NCBI GenBank assembly: GCA_026026165.1 | Contig: JAPEUD010000005.1 | Location: 124,001 to 188,000, forward strand | Length of the DNA: 64,000 nucleotides | DNA from: Sarea resinae | Taxonomy: Eukaryota | Direction: 5' to 3' | In this document: in pieces, positions 1 to 14,074 of the stretch | Position numbering within the stretch: position 1 is the first letter of the stretch | Layout of the letters: the number at the start of each line of letters is the position of its first letter | Made by a program: the position numbers and the translations under genes | The notes under the pieces: generated by a model | The model's input: the letters and a program-made list of their open reading frames with translations, nothing else | The model's database searches: none | Told to the model about the DNA's origin: nothing

Positions 1-1518
1 GAAGGGTATCGCATTGCCGATTCTCTGGGGCTGACGGCTGACTTACCACGCTTCTTGCCCTTCTGCCCCCTACCGTGAGTCTGGTATCCCCACTTGGCCT
101 TCTTCCAGGTACGACTCTTCTCCTTGTCTGCCTTGCTGGACGAGCCATCGCCGCCTGGGTAAGAGAGATCCGGGTGGGTGTCCTCGGAAGCATCCGCAGC
201 CTCAGCGCGCTTGTTTTGCCGGACCATAAGATCGTCCAGGGCACGCCCAATGCCGGAAGATTCTGGGTCGGCAGCCAGGCCTCGCTTTATCAAGAGCTTC
301 TGCCATGCCAGCGAATGCTTCCCGATCGGATCCACCTTTGGTGCCGGGTACTTCTCAATCTTCAATCCGGACTGTCTGGCGCGATCCTGCAAGCGGCTGA
401 CGTCCTCGTCACTGATCAGGTTGTATCCCATTGTCTTTGCCAAAGCGCGCAACTCTCGGAGCTTCAGAGGCTCGTCCATGTCAACGAACTCTCCATCTTC
501 CTGCTCCACGAGCTCCTCGCCAGGCTCTTTCAACCTCGCTCTCTCCGCCTCACGGACATCGTCTTCAGCCTCATGCAAAGTACTGAAAACCCCATCAATC
601 AGCTGTTGGGCGCGGTCTTCCTCGTACTGATCTAGATGGCGTCGGTAGAGATCGTTTTCGAGCTCGAGACGACGCACATATCCCTCGGAGACCACCATGA
701 GGTTATCTTTCTGCTCAAATTCCAAGAGAGCAGCCGAGAAATGTGCTTTCACTTCTTTGAGATCCTGAGCCATCTTTTGGGGTGATGTCTTTCTCAGCGT
801 TTCGCGCTCCTCGGGTGTCATGTGAGGAAGTGTTTTTGCCATGAGCGCAACATGGTCCTCGTCATTCACATCAATCCTGTCGCCGTACGCTCTCTCATCT
901 CCTGTTGAACATTTAGCAGATGCGCCATTGTCCTAGCAAAGCCAACTGCAGGTGGTATTTGCTCGAGGATCACGAACGACGTCCACCTAACGCCCTGTCC
1001 ACGGTCCCAGCAACAGCCACAGACGAAACAGAAAGAAACAAGGACTCACCGAGTCTGGTCGCCCCAATGCGTACGTCCATAGTACCGCTAGGTTCACCCC
1101 CAACAAGTCCCACGAGTCCTTCCCACTCCTTCAATTTAAAAACGCAAGTCAACAAGACGCCGAACCTCGTCAACTCGGCTCTCTCTTGTCTCGTCTTGAT
1201 TGTCTCTTTCTTTCTCGGCGGGCCATCACTATCCTCATCCTCATCTCCATCGTCCTCATCTTCGTCTCCGTCGTCATCTGGCAGCCACATGATGTCGGCC
1301 CCCTTCCATTTATGATTGGCCTTCAATAGCGGTTTGTATTGGTTGGCAAAAACTTCCAAATAACGGAATGCTTCGACAAAGGCAGCGCCCTCACGAGTGC
1401 GGATCGAAGCTCCGGCTAGGAATGGTCCAGGCGATTTCATACCCACACGTTGGGGATAGGGTATGGAGGAGGAGAGTGCGGCGGGTGCCGAGTGAGAGGG
1501 ACGACGGATTGGCGGCAT
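1..1518 (-). CDS. Hypothetical protein, at least 2 exons, runs off the window start
   Basis: Exon 1 is ORF 970-1518 up to a GTGAGT donor at ~1049. Branch site GCTAAAT and acceptor CAG at ~902. Exon 2 (DERAYGDRIDVNDEDHVALMAKTLPH...) stays open to position 1 and is acidic/coiled-coil-like. No family recognised. Confidence 0.7.
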
Positions 1519-2379
1519 TTTGCTGCTGGTGGTTTGGTTATTATACAGGCTGTATGATATGACAAGGCAGAGAGGTGATTGATACTGAATCTACTTACTG
1601 TTTAGGATGTCTCGATATGCTTTTGTTCTTTTTTCTCTTTTACTCGCTCTGACTTACCTTTTCGGTGTGAAGTTGAGATGACTTGGAAAGAATCAGCGTG
1701 AGCTCAGCACGACAAAGATGATATCTTCGATCAAAGTTAGCCAACAAACTTCATCTCTCATCATTTTTTTTCTTACCTCTGCTCTTCAATGACACTCCTA
1801 CCGTTCTCTTGCGAACTCAGAAAGCCCGATATCAAGGACCCAGACGGGGATGAGAGCAGTTCGAGATCCGACCTCTCTGTGCTACTGCCCTTACGAACTT
1901 ACTATCAGATGTCCAAGTTCGAGAAGCTGGATCGAGATAGAGGGTATGATCTAGTATGAGCTAAGATGAGAGTGTGAAAGCGTGTGTGGTTTCTGAACAA
2001 ACAAGAAGATGATGATGAAGAAAGAGAGAGAGAAAGGGATGAAGAAGTCGGGCCTCTGGTCTACTTATAATGAATCTTCTCGCCTATCTCCTCTGTGCGT
2101 TGGGCGTGCGGGAGGGAGGAAAACATTCACGGTCTCCTCCCTTTCCTAGGCGGGGAAAAGGAGGGGGAGGATTAGATATTCACGGTTTCTCTCGCTTCGT
2201 CCTCACTCCCTCTGTCTGTCTCTGTCCCTCTCCTTCTCTCTGTGTGGGTGCCTTAGGGGAATGTGGTTGAACCGAGTTTTCCTCAGTCAAACAGATGAAT
2301 GCGCGCACGTCCTTGTCTTGTCTGGCCTTGTCTTGCCGTGGTTTTTCGTGTCCTCTGTCGTCGAACGGGCTGGCTTCCT

Positions 2380-3000
2380 AACCTCTCTCCCTAACCTCTC
2401 TCCCTCCCTCCCTCCCTCCCTCTCTCCCTCACTCTCTCCCTACCTTCTTACATGCTTAAACTGCACGCTCAGTGTCTACCTCTTAATCTAGTCAAAAGAC
2501 TTAAAGACTCTACAAGCCAGCCACCCAGCCACCCAGCCACTCAGCCACCCAGCCAGCTCGACAGAGAGACAAACAGACAGAGAGACAGAGAGACAGACCT
2601 ACGTCATAGCCAGCCTGTCCACTAGCTGTTTGAGCCAGCGCCTTCACCACCGTTGTACCTACTGTTCAAACAATAGACACTATCTCTTCACTTTCTCTCA
2701 CCTGCTCTCACCTCCTTTTACATTATCTTACCTATTCTCTACTTCTCACCTCTTCTTACCTCACCTCCTCTAAGTTCCTCTGAATTCTTCTTCCCTTTAC
2801 TCACGTCTCTTTACCTTACCTCACCTCTCCTCTCTATACCCTACCCTACCCTACCCTACCTTCTCACCTCTCTTACGTCCTCTCAAGTCCTCTTACCTTA
2901 TCTCTCCTCTCTAAACCTTACCTTACCTCTCCTCTCTACACACTGCCTCACTTCATCTTGCCTCACCTCACTATATCTTATACTATATCACAAAGGTAAA
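2380..3000. repeat. Low-complexity pyrimidine-rich intergenic tract with microsatellites
   Basis: (TCCC)n, (AGCCACCC)n, (AGAGAC)n, (ACCCT)n and CTCAC/CTTAC runs are directly visible. Confidence 0.75.
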
Positions 3001-3402
3001 GGTAGGTAGTTTACTATTCCCTTCTGATTTTCTAATGCTTTCTCTATCTCCATCTCTAGCCTCTTGTCCCTGACTTCCCCTCTCCCTTTTTTATTGTTCT
3101 TTTTCGATTTTCCAATCATCTCAAACGGCTAGAGATATGCTAGAGGATACACCGAAGACAGCGTAAAAGAAGAGACACCGAAGATGGTGTAAAAGAAGAT
3201 AGCCAGAGGGCAGGTAGAAAGAACAAGCAGGAGGTAAAAACATACGGTACCATACCACAGTATAGCACCGAAACCATACCATACCACATCACACGCCCAT
3301 CCTCACCTCACCTCACCTCACCTCAACCGATCCATAGCAAATAATCTAAAACTAGTCAGAGAGAGAGAACAAAAAGTCCTTGTCTCTTCTTCTGTTCTCA
3401 CT

Positions 3403-5866
3403 TTATTCCGCACCCGCACCACTGCCCCTCGCAGCTCTCACGGCCGCAATAGCAGCGGCGTCATCTGCAAGTCTCCTGCCAGCAGCACCACCACCACTCA
3501 TACCACTCGTACCACTCGTAGCATTCGTACTCCCTCCCACCTGTCCCTGTCCCTGTCCCTGTAGCAGTCCCAGTCCCAGTCCCAGTCCAAGATCACCCAC
3601 CATGGCGTCCGACTCTCTATCGGCCTCCCTGTCTCTGTCCCTCTTCGTCATCAAAGTCACGTTCGCATTCATACTCGCGCTCGCGCCAGTGGCAGGGACC
3701 GGAACAGAGAAACCCACACCGGCGCCGACGACGCTCCGGCCGGAATTTTGCCTGATAGCAGTGCTGGCGCTACGACTGGAGCCAGACGCGTCGCGGCGCA
3801 GGACACCGAGTGGGGAGGCCGAGACGGAAGCGTAGGCCGAGGGCGAGGAGGAATAAGAAGGCGAAGCGGACGGTGAAGGATAAGAAGATGAAGAAGAGAG
3901 GCCGAACCCGAGACTGGTGCCGGGGTTCGCCGCGGATGACGACGCCGCGGCTGCAGCAGTAGTAGCAGCAGCAGTCGTGATCGTAGTTGTGGGCGAGCCC
4001 GAGGTTGAGACAGTAGTAGCTGGATCGGCGGATGAGGTGCGAGTTGTGGGAAGCAGGAGGGCGGTAATGCCTTTGTGCTTCTTCCCTTGCTCGCCCCTTT
4101 CCCTCGTCTCCGCCTCCCCCTTTCTCTTCTCCTTCTCCTTTTCGTATGCCGTGGTCTTTGTCCTCGGGCGAGAGCCGGCATGTCTAGCCGTCAGCGCACT
4201 CACAGATGGCGACCTAGCTTCAGCGTCTGCAGCCACGAAGAGCGAGGGCGCGGCATCATCTCCGGGCAGGAAAGAAAACCGCTGCTTCCTCGACGTCACA
4301 GGCTGAGCCAGTAGCGGAGACGGTGCCACCGGAACGTTCGTCGTTGCATTTGCATTCGCATTCGTGTTCCGTGGCGTCATATCGATATCGTCCGCTGAAA
4401 AGGCAGTATGAGAATAATCGGCAGCGGAAAGAGCAGCAGCAGCCTCTCCGGCCTCAGAAGAAGAAGTTGACGAGTTGGAAAATATAGGCGACGTGACATC
4501 TCTGCCATCTGCCGAGGAAGAAAACGAGCGTTTAAGTGGTGACGAAGACGCGCTCTGGACTGCCTTTCCGTAGCCCCTATTAGACGGCGCCATCTCGAAC
4601 GTAGCACGTCTATCCTCCTTTCCAAAAAATAACTTCGAAATCTCGCGATAGACATCCGATGTGTCTAGGCTACGTCGTCGGGCCAGCCATCCGGCCACTT
4701 TTTGCGCAATGTCAAAGTCGTCCGAGGAGGGCCATACGACCGAAGCGTTCTGTCCAGTTCTGGATCTTACCGCCGCCGCGGCCGCGGCCGCTACGATCTC
4801 TTCTTCTTCGTCGGGCAAGGGGTCGCCGCCGGAGCTGAATGTGTCTTCAGAGAGCGAGGTGGTGGGACGATCTGGCTGGTCCGGGAATCGTGATGAGCTG
4901 GAGGGAGGCGAGAACGGGTCGGAGAGAGTGGCGAAGCCGGCTTTGGTTGTCGGAGGGGGCGGGGCGCCGATAGAGTAATTGAGGGGGGTCTCCACGTCGT
5001 CGGCAGAGTTGAGGGTGCTGAGGCGATGGCTGAGGAGGGTCATTTGGTACGACGGGGACGGCGGAGGACGGTAGGAGGGAGCTTTGTCTGTCTGTCAGCA
5101 GGAGCTTCTCTCCGAAGACATCTAGAATCGTCTCACCCTTTGTCTCGCTGATTTTCAACAACCGCTCTTCCTTTTCAGTCTCACCAATCTTCTCCTCGCC
5201 CTCAACCTCCACCGCCATTTCTTTCCAGCCTTTACCTTCTCGTCGAAACACATTCCCCTTTCTCACAACCAGCCCCTCCAATCTCCTGATCTCCCTCCCC
5301 AACTCTCCTCTCTCCTCTCTCCAAGCTGCGGCCGCACGCTCAAAGTCTCCCATATCAACCTCTTGCCTGCCCCTCGAAGCATCTAGTCTCTCTTGCACTT
5401 CGACCAACTCACCTCTCAGCATGCGATAAGCCTCCATGACATGAAGCACGAAGCTGTTGTACTCAGGCGGCAGACACTCATTTGGCTGGGAGAGGATACG
5501 GGTGCAGACGGTCTGCATCATGAGCTCGGGATCGGGTCTGTAGACATCATCCTTGCGTTTGACAAACCAGTCGACAGAGGCCGAGTGATCCGAGGTAGCA
5601 AGTGAGGTGCTCGAATGACGAGAGGTGAGATAGTGCGAGAGGCGGGTCCTGCTTGCCGGTCGTTGAAAGCGTGGAGAGGACGGGATGGCGGTAGATTGAC
5701 CGGGGATTTGGTGGTGAGGTGTTGAGTGCAGGAGATTGCTGATGCTGCCCATGTGTTCTCCGGGGGGGCTGTTGATTTCGTTCCTAGGAGACATTGGCGG
5801 GATGCCTGATGAGGCGCGCGAGATGGGCGGCCGGGTCCTACGGCGCCACTGTTGGATGTCTGCCAT
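3403..5866 (-). CDS. Hypothetical fungal protein, 2 exons; N-terminal globular/coiled-coil part and long Ser/Ala/Thr-rich tail
   Basis: ORFs 4847-5866 and 3403-5043 join in frame across phase-1 intron 5088-5136 (G|GTGAGA...GCTGAC..CAG|AC). Confidence 0.75.
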
Positions 5867-6334
5867 TCTTCAGTATTGCTTTGAAGCTCCGACCCTACAG
5901 AGTCTGTGCTCCTTGCTTGGTACGGGTGCAGAACGTGCAGATGAGGCAGAAGATGAGGTGATCGATGGTTGAGCTGGTGGGTGCACGAAAGTGATTTTGT
6001 TATGGCATCTTCCCGTTGATTCCTCCTTCTCTCTCAGCTATCAGAGTCTGCATGAAGGTGCATTCTGTACCATCCTTGGACAGTGAGATGCGAGAATGGA
6101 TCAGGAAACGAGCAGGCGCAAACATGGGACGAAATGATGCACATTCACTGCAATGGAAGAAAGCATCGAACCTTCGCAGCCATTGCACGTTTGCTCATGT
6201 CAATAGCACTCCAACAACTTTACTCCTACATGGCATCTCTCCCAGCAATCCAAGACTGCCCTCATGAAGGTAAGAGAAACGACAGCCATCCTTCTGCCTA
6301 TCTAATGCCCGCGAAGCAAAAGGAAAGCCCATGT

Positions 6335-7311
6335 TCACTTATATTCCGGATCAACTTCAATCAGCCCAGAGGGAGGGCTGTCCGGACTACGTGGCAGCGT
6401 AAGGTCAGGAATATGCCACTGCTCGGCATTGAGCTTGCGGGCCTTTTTTCCATCGATATTTTCGCAGCCGTAAAATGACAGCGTCTGGTTATATAGAATA
6501 AGCCGGATGTACGTGTCTGGGATTGCCATCTCAAGAGAGAAGAGTCAATTCATACCGTTAGATTTGGCATCATGCCGATATACTCCAGGACTCGATCGTC
6601 TATCTCTCTACCATCACTCTTCGTGAAGCAGAAGACCTTCAAGCTTTCCGCAACCGGAGTTCTCGTCAGCTCCTCGAAAAACTCGACACCAAGCCCGAAG
6701 CACTTGTGCAGCTTCAATTCGCGCATTCGCGGATTGTGCCGTATGATCTGTCCGAGTTGATAATCCGTAATGCCGGAGCGTTCGAGCACCAGGCTCTCGA
6801 GCCTGCCAAAGCAGTCTTTGAAGTGGTTCCACAGCGTTGATGGTGTAGCCACGTCCCAGTCTCGTCTAGTGACGTCTCGGTGCCGGATATGTGGATGGTC
6901 TAGTCGGAGACTCAGACGTCGCAGGTTCTGCATCCCGGCGAGAGCTTCGGCGGTGCTCTCTTCCAGCTCCCAGATTGCGAGGTCAAGTTCTCGTAGTGGT
7001 GTACGATAGCGGGATATGACGGTACGCACGAGCTGGTTCTGGGCATGGATGACATCGGGTTTGAAAGTTGTATCTTTACGGGGAAGAATGATGCAGACAG
7101 GGGGCGGGACTGACAGGCGTGGAGATGTCATGGAGGAGACCAGGCTTGATATTTTCGTATGGAAGACGCCCAGATGGAGAGAACGGAGAGCGATGAATTG
7201 GAGGGCATGGTTGGATTTGGAGGTCTGGCCATACGAGAGGAGAGAGGGAATTGGGAGGTATGAGAGGACCTCCTGAAGAATCTCTGGAGGGAGGCAGTCG
7301 AGGCTAGCCAT
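6335..7311 (-). CDS. F-box protein with LRR-like repeats
   Basis: Starts with F-box MASLDCLPPEILQEVLSYLPIPSLLSYGQTSK, followed by LRR-like LRELDL/LRRLSL/LESLVL/MRELKL. Intron 6485-6555 (GTATGA...CAG) joins the last exon TLSFYGCENID...PEYK*. Confidence 0.85.
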
Positions 7312-9320
7312 AGCGGATGGTGCCGCCTTTATCTGTGTTTTCGTCTTCAAGCAGATCCTGGATTCCTGTGCTTCCCGTGAGACAATGAAGAAGAGTGCGT
7401 TCCTATGGCGGGAGCACGATTGCTTCCTTTTGCAGCTGTAGGTGAAAGTGAGGAGGTCGGTAGATGGCAACGACTGAAGAGGTCAATAAGGAAGGAGTCC
7501 CACGGATGATTGGAGCAGTTAGATAGTAAGCAATATCACGGACCAAGGGGGAAGGCGTCGTCGACTTAAGATGGCGGAACAGGTTCTGTTGATAGAGATA
7601 TTGGAGGCATCAGAGTAGGGCCACCGGCAGAATGCACACTGCATCGGCCTCCCACCATCGAGCAAGGAAATTGAACGTGGACAAGAAAGAACGCAGTGCG
7701 TGCCTCACCGAAGAAGCGAATCGATTCAGATCAGGGCTACAAAATCTCCGACGATCCAAAGCAGGGCAGTCATGCGCCGCCACCGCCACCACCATCACCA
7801 CCAAAGATTGGGACACGGCAAGGTGCATGAACCACGACCATGGTCTCAAATAGATCCAACGTGACGAACGAGGAGTGGCCATGCTGGACGGTCCCGTACC
7901 TTACGTGTCGCCAGCCAGCGACGCGTGAAACAGCAAGTCGAGCCTTCAATGACGCCAGCAGAGGACGACCTCCCTCTCGATCCGGACCAGCGAAGAAGTG
8001 ATGAGGGCGGGCCAGACGATCATATGTGATGTCGGGACGCAGCTCCCGCTGTCATCAGCCCTGCATACATGACCTGGACACGGGCCATCGGAGACAAGAA
8101 GAACCAGAGACCCAGGCCCCAGGCGCCCGGTGACTGGTGCGAGCTACCGGGACGTGGAAGCGGCGAAGGAATGGGGTCCATGGGGCTAGGTGTTGGGGGG
8201 GGGGAGGGGGGGGTTTCTGACGAAGTGATCGCCACGGATATCTGCATCACCATCTCACAGACCATCGGCAACGACTGACCTCCTTCGGCACCACGGCTGG
8301 CCATGAATTCGAGTCCGCGCTCATAATAACGACGCGGCTTCAACCCACTTTCGTCGTTCCTCCTTGCTTCCAAGAAATCGCAGGACTATCACGGCGTCGT
8401 ATCAGCTAGGGTGTTGAGAAGAGGCGTCAAATGACATGCATCATAATGTGGAACCGCATCGAGTCAGACCTTGCCGCAAACTCTACGTGCGACCCTTGTC
8501 GGCCCTTGTCGCGCATCTCGTCACCCCAGTCCATGCAGAAAGCCACGCGCGACCATCACACCGCCACCACCCCGATGGCCCCCATCAACATGACGCGGAA
8601 GAAGAACATCATATTGACGAGGGTGGGAGACGTGTCAAAAGCAGGCCTTCCCCAAGGCTCCCCTTGTTTTTCTGTTTCTCCACCCTGTACTACAATGGAA
8701 GAAGGTGGAGAATCATCTGAGGGCTTTCATTGTTCGCACTTTGCGCAGCGCTCGCTTCTCCTTGTTTCGACAGTGCGTTTTGGGGCTCTAGATGATGTAC
8801 ACTGCAGAATGCGTTTCTATTGCTGCCCAAATTGACTGCATCGCCCTTCAGGGCTCCTTTAGCACCGAGCCAACTAACGAGGTCCCCGTGGTCCGTCTTC
8901 TTTGAAAACCACGGTAATCTAATACAAGCTTCCTAGCAGTTAGAACGGCACATGAATGGCATGTGGACGGCAAATGGACAGCAAATTTAGAAGCGAGAGA
9001 GCTATCTCATAATCCATTCTCTGTTCTCTTACTTCCGTACAGAAAGACCTATGATGTCCCATGTGTTAAACGGGTGGTGTGCTCGATAATAAACATCGAG
9101 GGAAATGAAAAGTAAAGAAACTTCCCAGCGCCTGGTATCCCTCGTATCCCATGAAAACCCAACCCACGCGTCCGATTAAAAAAAGCCCTTACCAAACGAC
9201 GTTTGTGCAAGAAAAATGAAAGTAAGACTGGGCAACGGAGACCAAACGAAAGGCCCAAGCTCTGAGACCCAATGGCCTTTTCCCTATCCTAATCCTCATT
9301 CCATCGATGCCACGACCGCC

Positions 9321-12300
9321 TTAGTAGGAATACATCCTCTCGAGCCACGCCCTCCAAGCTCTCTGAATTACCTTGGCCGCCCCGATGACTCTTTCGCGCG
9401 TCAAGACCACAGTCTGGCAATCGTGCGCCAACAGCATCAGCATGCATCGCCTGTGTATCTCCTTCCTCACTCCAAACTGCCGATACGCTCGCTGAATAGT
9501 GACTGCTGCTCGGCCCTTGACGGACACCAGCAGCAGGCGAGAACAGAGAAATGCAAGAGAGGCGATGGTAAAGTCGCGGTCATAGATACGGCCGATATGC
9601 GTCCTCCGACCAAAGAGAGATGCTAGCACGTTTCAATAGTCAGCCATTTGAATCCAGTAAGTTCAAGGTGCGCAAAGCATGAAGGGGGAATGTGTACCAA
9701 AGGTCCGACTACATCCTAGTCGCCTCAGTTTCCCCTGCAGATCCCGACTCTGATCTCCTGCGGCGTCTCTGCCAGAGCAGGAAGAGACGGGCAAGTAAGA
9801 CTCATACTCGTCGACAATAGCCTCAAAGACCTTCCCATCCGCGAACGAAGTCGTCAGATTCGACACCCTCAAACCATGCAGTCGCCCAATGATTCTCGCC
9901 CAAGCCCTTAACAACGCCCTGTATCTCTCCAATCCTTCCAAATATTCCAACTCATCATCCTCTTCACTCTCGTAATCTTCTCCGAACGCCACTGCTGCCT
10001 TCTTTTGCAATCTTCCAATTTCCTTCTCGAGCTGTTGCCCATCGATGAGTGTGGAAAGGCCCCATTTTCCGACCAATCCCCACAAGAGTCCTATCGTCTT
10101 CTCCCGGTAGCCGTCCACAATATCGTCAGCCGTAATATCCTCGATCATGGCACCTATGCCTCGCACACCTTGGACTGCGCTCAGTGCAACTTGTACGTTG
10201 TACGTCTTCTGAGCACGGCCAAGACAAGGAAACTTCAAATGCTGTGATAGCACCCATGAATCTTTCTCCTGGAGTGAGCTGAGGATCTCGCCTGTCGGCA
10301 TGGTCACGGTCACAGTCTCTTGCCCCTGAACAAGCGAAGATGGTGGATAGAGAAGTAACTCGACGAGATGAGTGAGGCGTACGCCATCGCGGAGGTCCGT
10401 GGCTAAATTTTTGATACGATAGCTGTATTCCTGAAGTGGATATTGCGTGTGCTGTACCTGGTAGTTGAGGTGGCTCAGAGGTCGAGTGATATCTCCAAGC
10501 GATGGTAGAAGCGTACTGCTAAGAGCAAGCAAGATCGCGGTTGAAGACTTGTAAGGCGAGCTGGTCTGGAACAAGCATCCAGGGATACAACCGGAGCTCT
10601 TTGCTTGATCGAGAAGAAGGATCACCATTAGACTGCGCAGAAGAGTTCGTCGCCAAGACCATCCCTGTGAGCCTACATCTGCGCTGAAGCCGTCACCTCC
10701 ACGTGCAATACTTCCGATAGTGCCAACACCCTTTGCACGGATACCATCATCGTTACGGACGAGGAACGTATCCAGAAAAGCTTCCACTGCTCTTTTTTCG
10801 GCTTTAGCACGTCGATCATCACCCGCAGCCGAACCGTTAGAGAGCCTAGGAGAAGTCCCACTCTCTCGTCCAATGACGACCTCCGCCGCAGCTTTCAAAG
10901 CCGGTAGTTGATATGTCTCTAGCCATAGGTCCAAGTACTTGCGTCTCATACCCAAGTCGTCCTTCAGCCGCAGAGCTCGAGACTGCAATTCTTTCGGAAT
11001 GCTGAGTGCGCCGTAGAGGAACGATGCTTGCAAGCGCTTATGAAGCAAAGGAATCGAAGGCTGATGATAGATTTGAAGCATCTCTTTCCTAAGACCGTGG
11101 CCATCTTCATGAGAGACACAAGCGTCCGGCCCATCCGCAGATTCGAACAGACTGTTAATCAGTTGTGTAATGGCAGCTTCCTGGTGGTTCAACCAACTGT
11201 CCTCGTAAAGCTCCGGCCTAGAGATGTCGTCGAGTAAGATAGGAAACCGTTCCTCTTGTTGTTCTGCTAGCTGAGCAACGAGGGGAAGTGTAAGCTTTGA
11301 TGGCACCTTCTCTGGTCTCCGGTTACGCTCGACACGGTGAGTTGGGCTTCTCCTAGGCGAAAGAGGTGAAAGCTTTAGCGAAGATGGTCTGCTCGTCTTC
11401 AGCACACTCTTCGCGCGTCGTTCTGCTGAGCTGGATGATGCGTGCCTGGCTTTCAAGAGCTTTACCCGATCAGAATCTTGTGCTGAATCGCTGCTCGTCC
11501 TCTTGTGCGATTCGATCGCCTTCACTCTTGAGGTTGCGGTGCTACCTTCCAGCATATGTCGTGAGGAAGTGTCGTGATGTGTCTTTGAGCCTTTACTTTT
11601 TGAATTTTTGATCGTTATGACAATATCGGCGGCTTCTTTCTTCCCTTTATTCTCGTATAATAGGCCTCCTGGAGGAATGTTCTCTTTACCTCCACCTCTC
11701 CCTGCCACATCCCTCGTCGTCGAGATGCTCTGAATAGGGCGTGAAGACTGTTGCAAGGGAGCTCGCTTCGGTGCAGCAGCTAAAGACTTGCGCGGCGCCC
11801 GTTTTGTTCGTGATTCCTGAGGTTGGTGTTCAGAATCTTCTTCGGACAAAGTGACCAGATCCAAGCCAAAGTCCGGCTCCTGTGCCGGGCGCCTTCTCGT
11901 AGTATCATGTGTCTTCAAGCTTGCGCCCGGATGTATCGTCATGATAGTAGTATCTTCGGAGGGCACGTAGATGGTTCGTCGCCGAGGCTCTTTCTTCAGC
12001 TTGGAGCTGTCAAAGCAATCCTCCTCTCGAGGTTCAGGGTTGTGATTGATAGCTTTGGCTTCTCTATCGGCGAGTATAGTCGAAACCCGTCGTCTTGATG
12101 ACTTTGCTGCACCCATGTCGGATGTTATCGGTATTCGATGAGCTGGTTGGGCGAGAATTGAGCCTCTTCTACCCTGACCACCGCCTTCGGAGAGCGCTGT
12201 AGCGGTAGACATTTTCAAAGGAGCGCCGTTGCGTCCCATGTTTATGCAGTGTGACGGTTGAACGTCTTCGTGGATGTCTGATTGAGGGTTCCAGGATTCG

Positions 12301-12539
12301 TTCCTGCGGGTAGTAGTCTTTCGTCTTCGCGGCGCCGCGTTCCTTAGGCTTGCGCGTAGTTGCGTGGTGAATTCAATATTCTCCGTGTTATCTTCATAGA
12401 TTGAAGCCCCAGGATATGATGGATTGGCGATTCCTGCGCCTCCAGCTCTCGATTCATGCGCGTTCCATAGCTCGGGATCGAGGCGTCCCGCGCCCCCAGA
12501 GGGCCGGGGACAAGGCGTTGTCTCTTCGAACCGCGACAT
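9321..12539 (-). CDS. ASPM/abnormal spindle-like calmodulin-binding protein (Sha1-type) with calponin-homology domains and IQ motifs
   Basis: CH motifs NLATDLRDGVRLTHLVELL, IVDGYREKTIGLLWGL and VSNLTTSFADGKVF. IQ motifs AAVTIQRAYRQF and AAKVIQRAWRAW in the last exon after an intron at ~9623-9697. Likely start MSRFEETTPCP. Confidence 0.88.
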
Positions 12540-14074
12540 CAACGTATATACTGAAAAATCCGCAATAATCAAAAATGGCACAGGGAAAACCGAATGGTGT
12601 ATAGCGTGTAGTATATTTGCAGGTAGGATTAAGCTTGTTGATCAATTCCAAAGGAATAAGGTAGGGCAAGCTACGTGGATTCGCGAGCTAAGGTACTAAC
12701 CTTACGTTGACGTATAGCGTTGGCAAGGCAACCCTGACAACTCCGTACCTACAAACACCTACGAGGTAGATTTAACGTCATGTCATCTTTCTAAGCATCA
12801 TCTTCTTCTCCTTCTTCTTCGCTTTCTTTCATCCGTAATCGTTACTACTGTCTGCTATTCTGGTGGTTTGTGACAATATCTCTCTTTTCTGCATGTGGTT
12901 CTCGAGCGAGTGCCGTTCCTCGACAGAGACTTCTCCGCCCATGTCCCAATGTTCACGCAAGAGTCTGTCGTTCAGAAGTCTTTGAAAATGGCCCTGGTCT
13001 AGTGAAGAAAGAATTCATCCGTTTTTTGTTCACTTCAGCAGTATTTCTTGGGTTGGGAGGTCATGTTTGTTGTTATCGGGGCTTTAGCAAGTTCATCGTT
13101 TCGTCGGCTTTGCTGATCGTATTAAGCCGTGTGCGGCCTGAAGGCTTACATTCTGATGCTCTCTGCTCCGATATGACCTTTCAGTCTATATCATGTAATC
13201 TGTTTTTGGGATTGAGGTTCAAGCATGGCTTGGTCCAATTCAGGAGAAGAGAGTCGTTGCATGACATTCGTGATCAGGCCTATTAGGCTAAGAATCCGTT
13301 GCTATCACAGTGGCAAAAACCATACTCAGGCCCGCAAAGTGATGGTGCCCAACACATGAGAACTCTGTTTCTGGTCGTGAGCCAGAGATTCAAGATTGAA
13401 CAATTCACATCGAAATCAGAAGAGGCATGGTGTGCCTCGATACCTATGTGTAAATCAATCATTTGGCCCCAGCGCAGAAGAACAAGAAGCTGATGATATG
13501 CGGATACGGCCGGCAATGCCTTTACGTGGTCTGCTCTTGCTGAACCTCGAGAAAACATGAATTGTTACTGGGTGAACAAGCGGATCGTTGATCAAAGGTT
13601 GGCTCGGCCGGTATCAGTATTCACCTATCCGTCTACGAGCACACATGGCATGCCTGATGTCCTCGATTACCCCTTTCGGTAATCGAAGCGCTGTTCGAAT
13701 CTTCTTCCTTTTCATTTGTGAATTCAAGTGCTCGCACATCGCTAACGTGTCTCCTACTCACGGTCGTCCGCCCAATATCGCGACAAGTGCGCGGTGCGAC
13801 GCGCTCGAATGCGCTCAGGGCGTCGCATTCATCCGACTTCAATGAGAGCTTCAATCTGAACTTACCAGCCCCCTCTTTTTGATAGATTCTATTCCACCGC
13901 CCACCGCCCATCTCAGATGGACCTTTCTAAATCTCACTCACATCGCTCTTTCCTTCTTCTTTGACACCCTCACCATCCGAAAAGGCCGTCATATTCCACA
14001 CTTTCTTGACATTGCTCTATCAGAAAGACCCCTTTTCTATTCCTTCATAGCTTTCGAGCTATACTACTATCAAG

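Noticed and set aside
75..635. Plus-strand ORFs at 75-635 and 178-630, and similar shadow ORFs opposite real genes
   Set aside because: Antisense shadows of the minus-strand exon, which is open to the window edge.
7500..9300. Short ORFs and a G-run between the F-box and ASPM-like genes
   Set aside because: No coding signature; likely promoter/UTR sequence.
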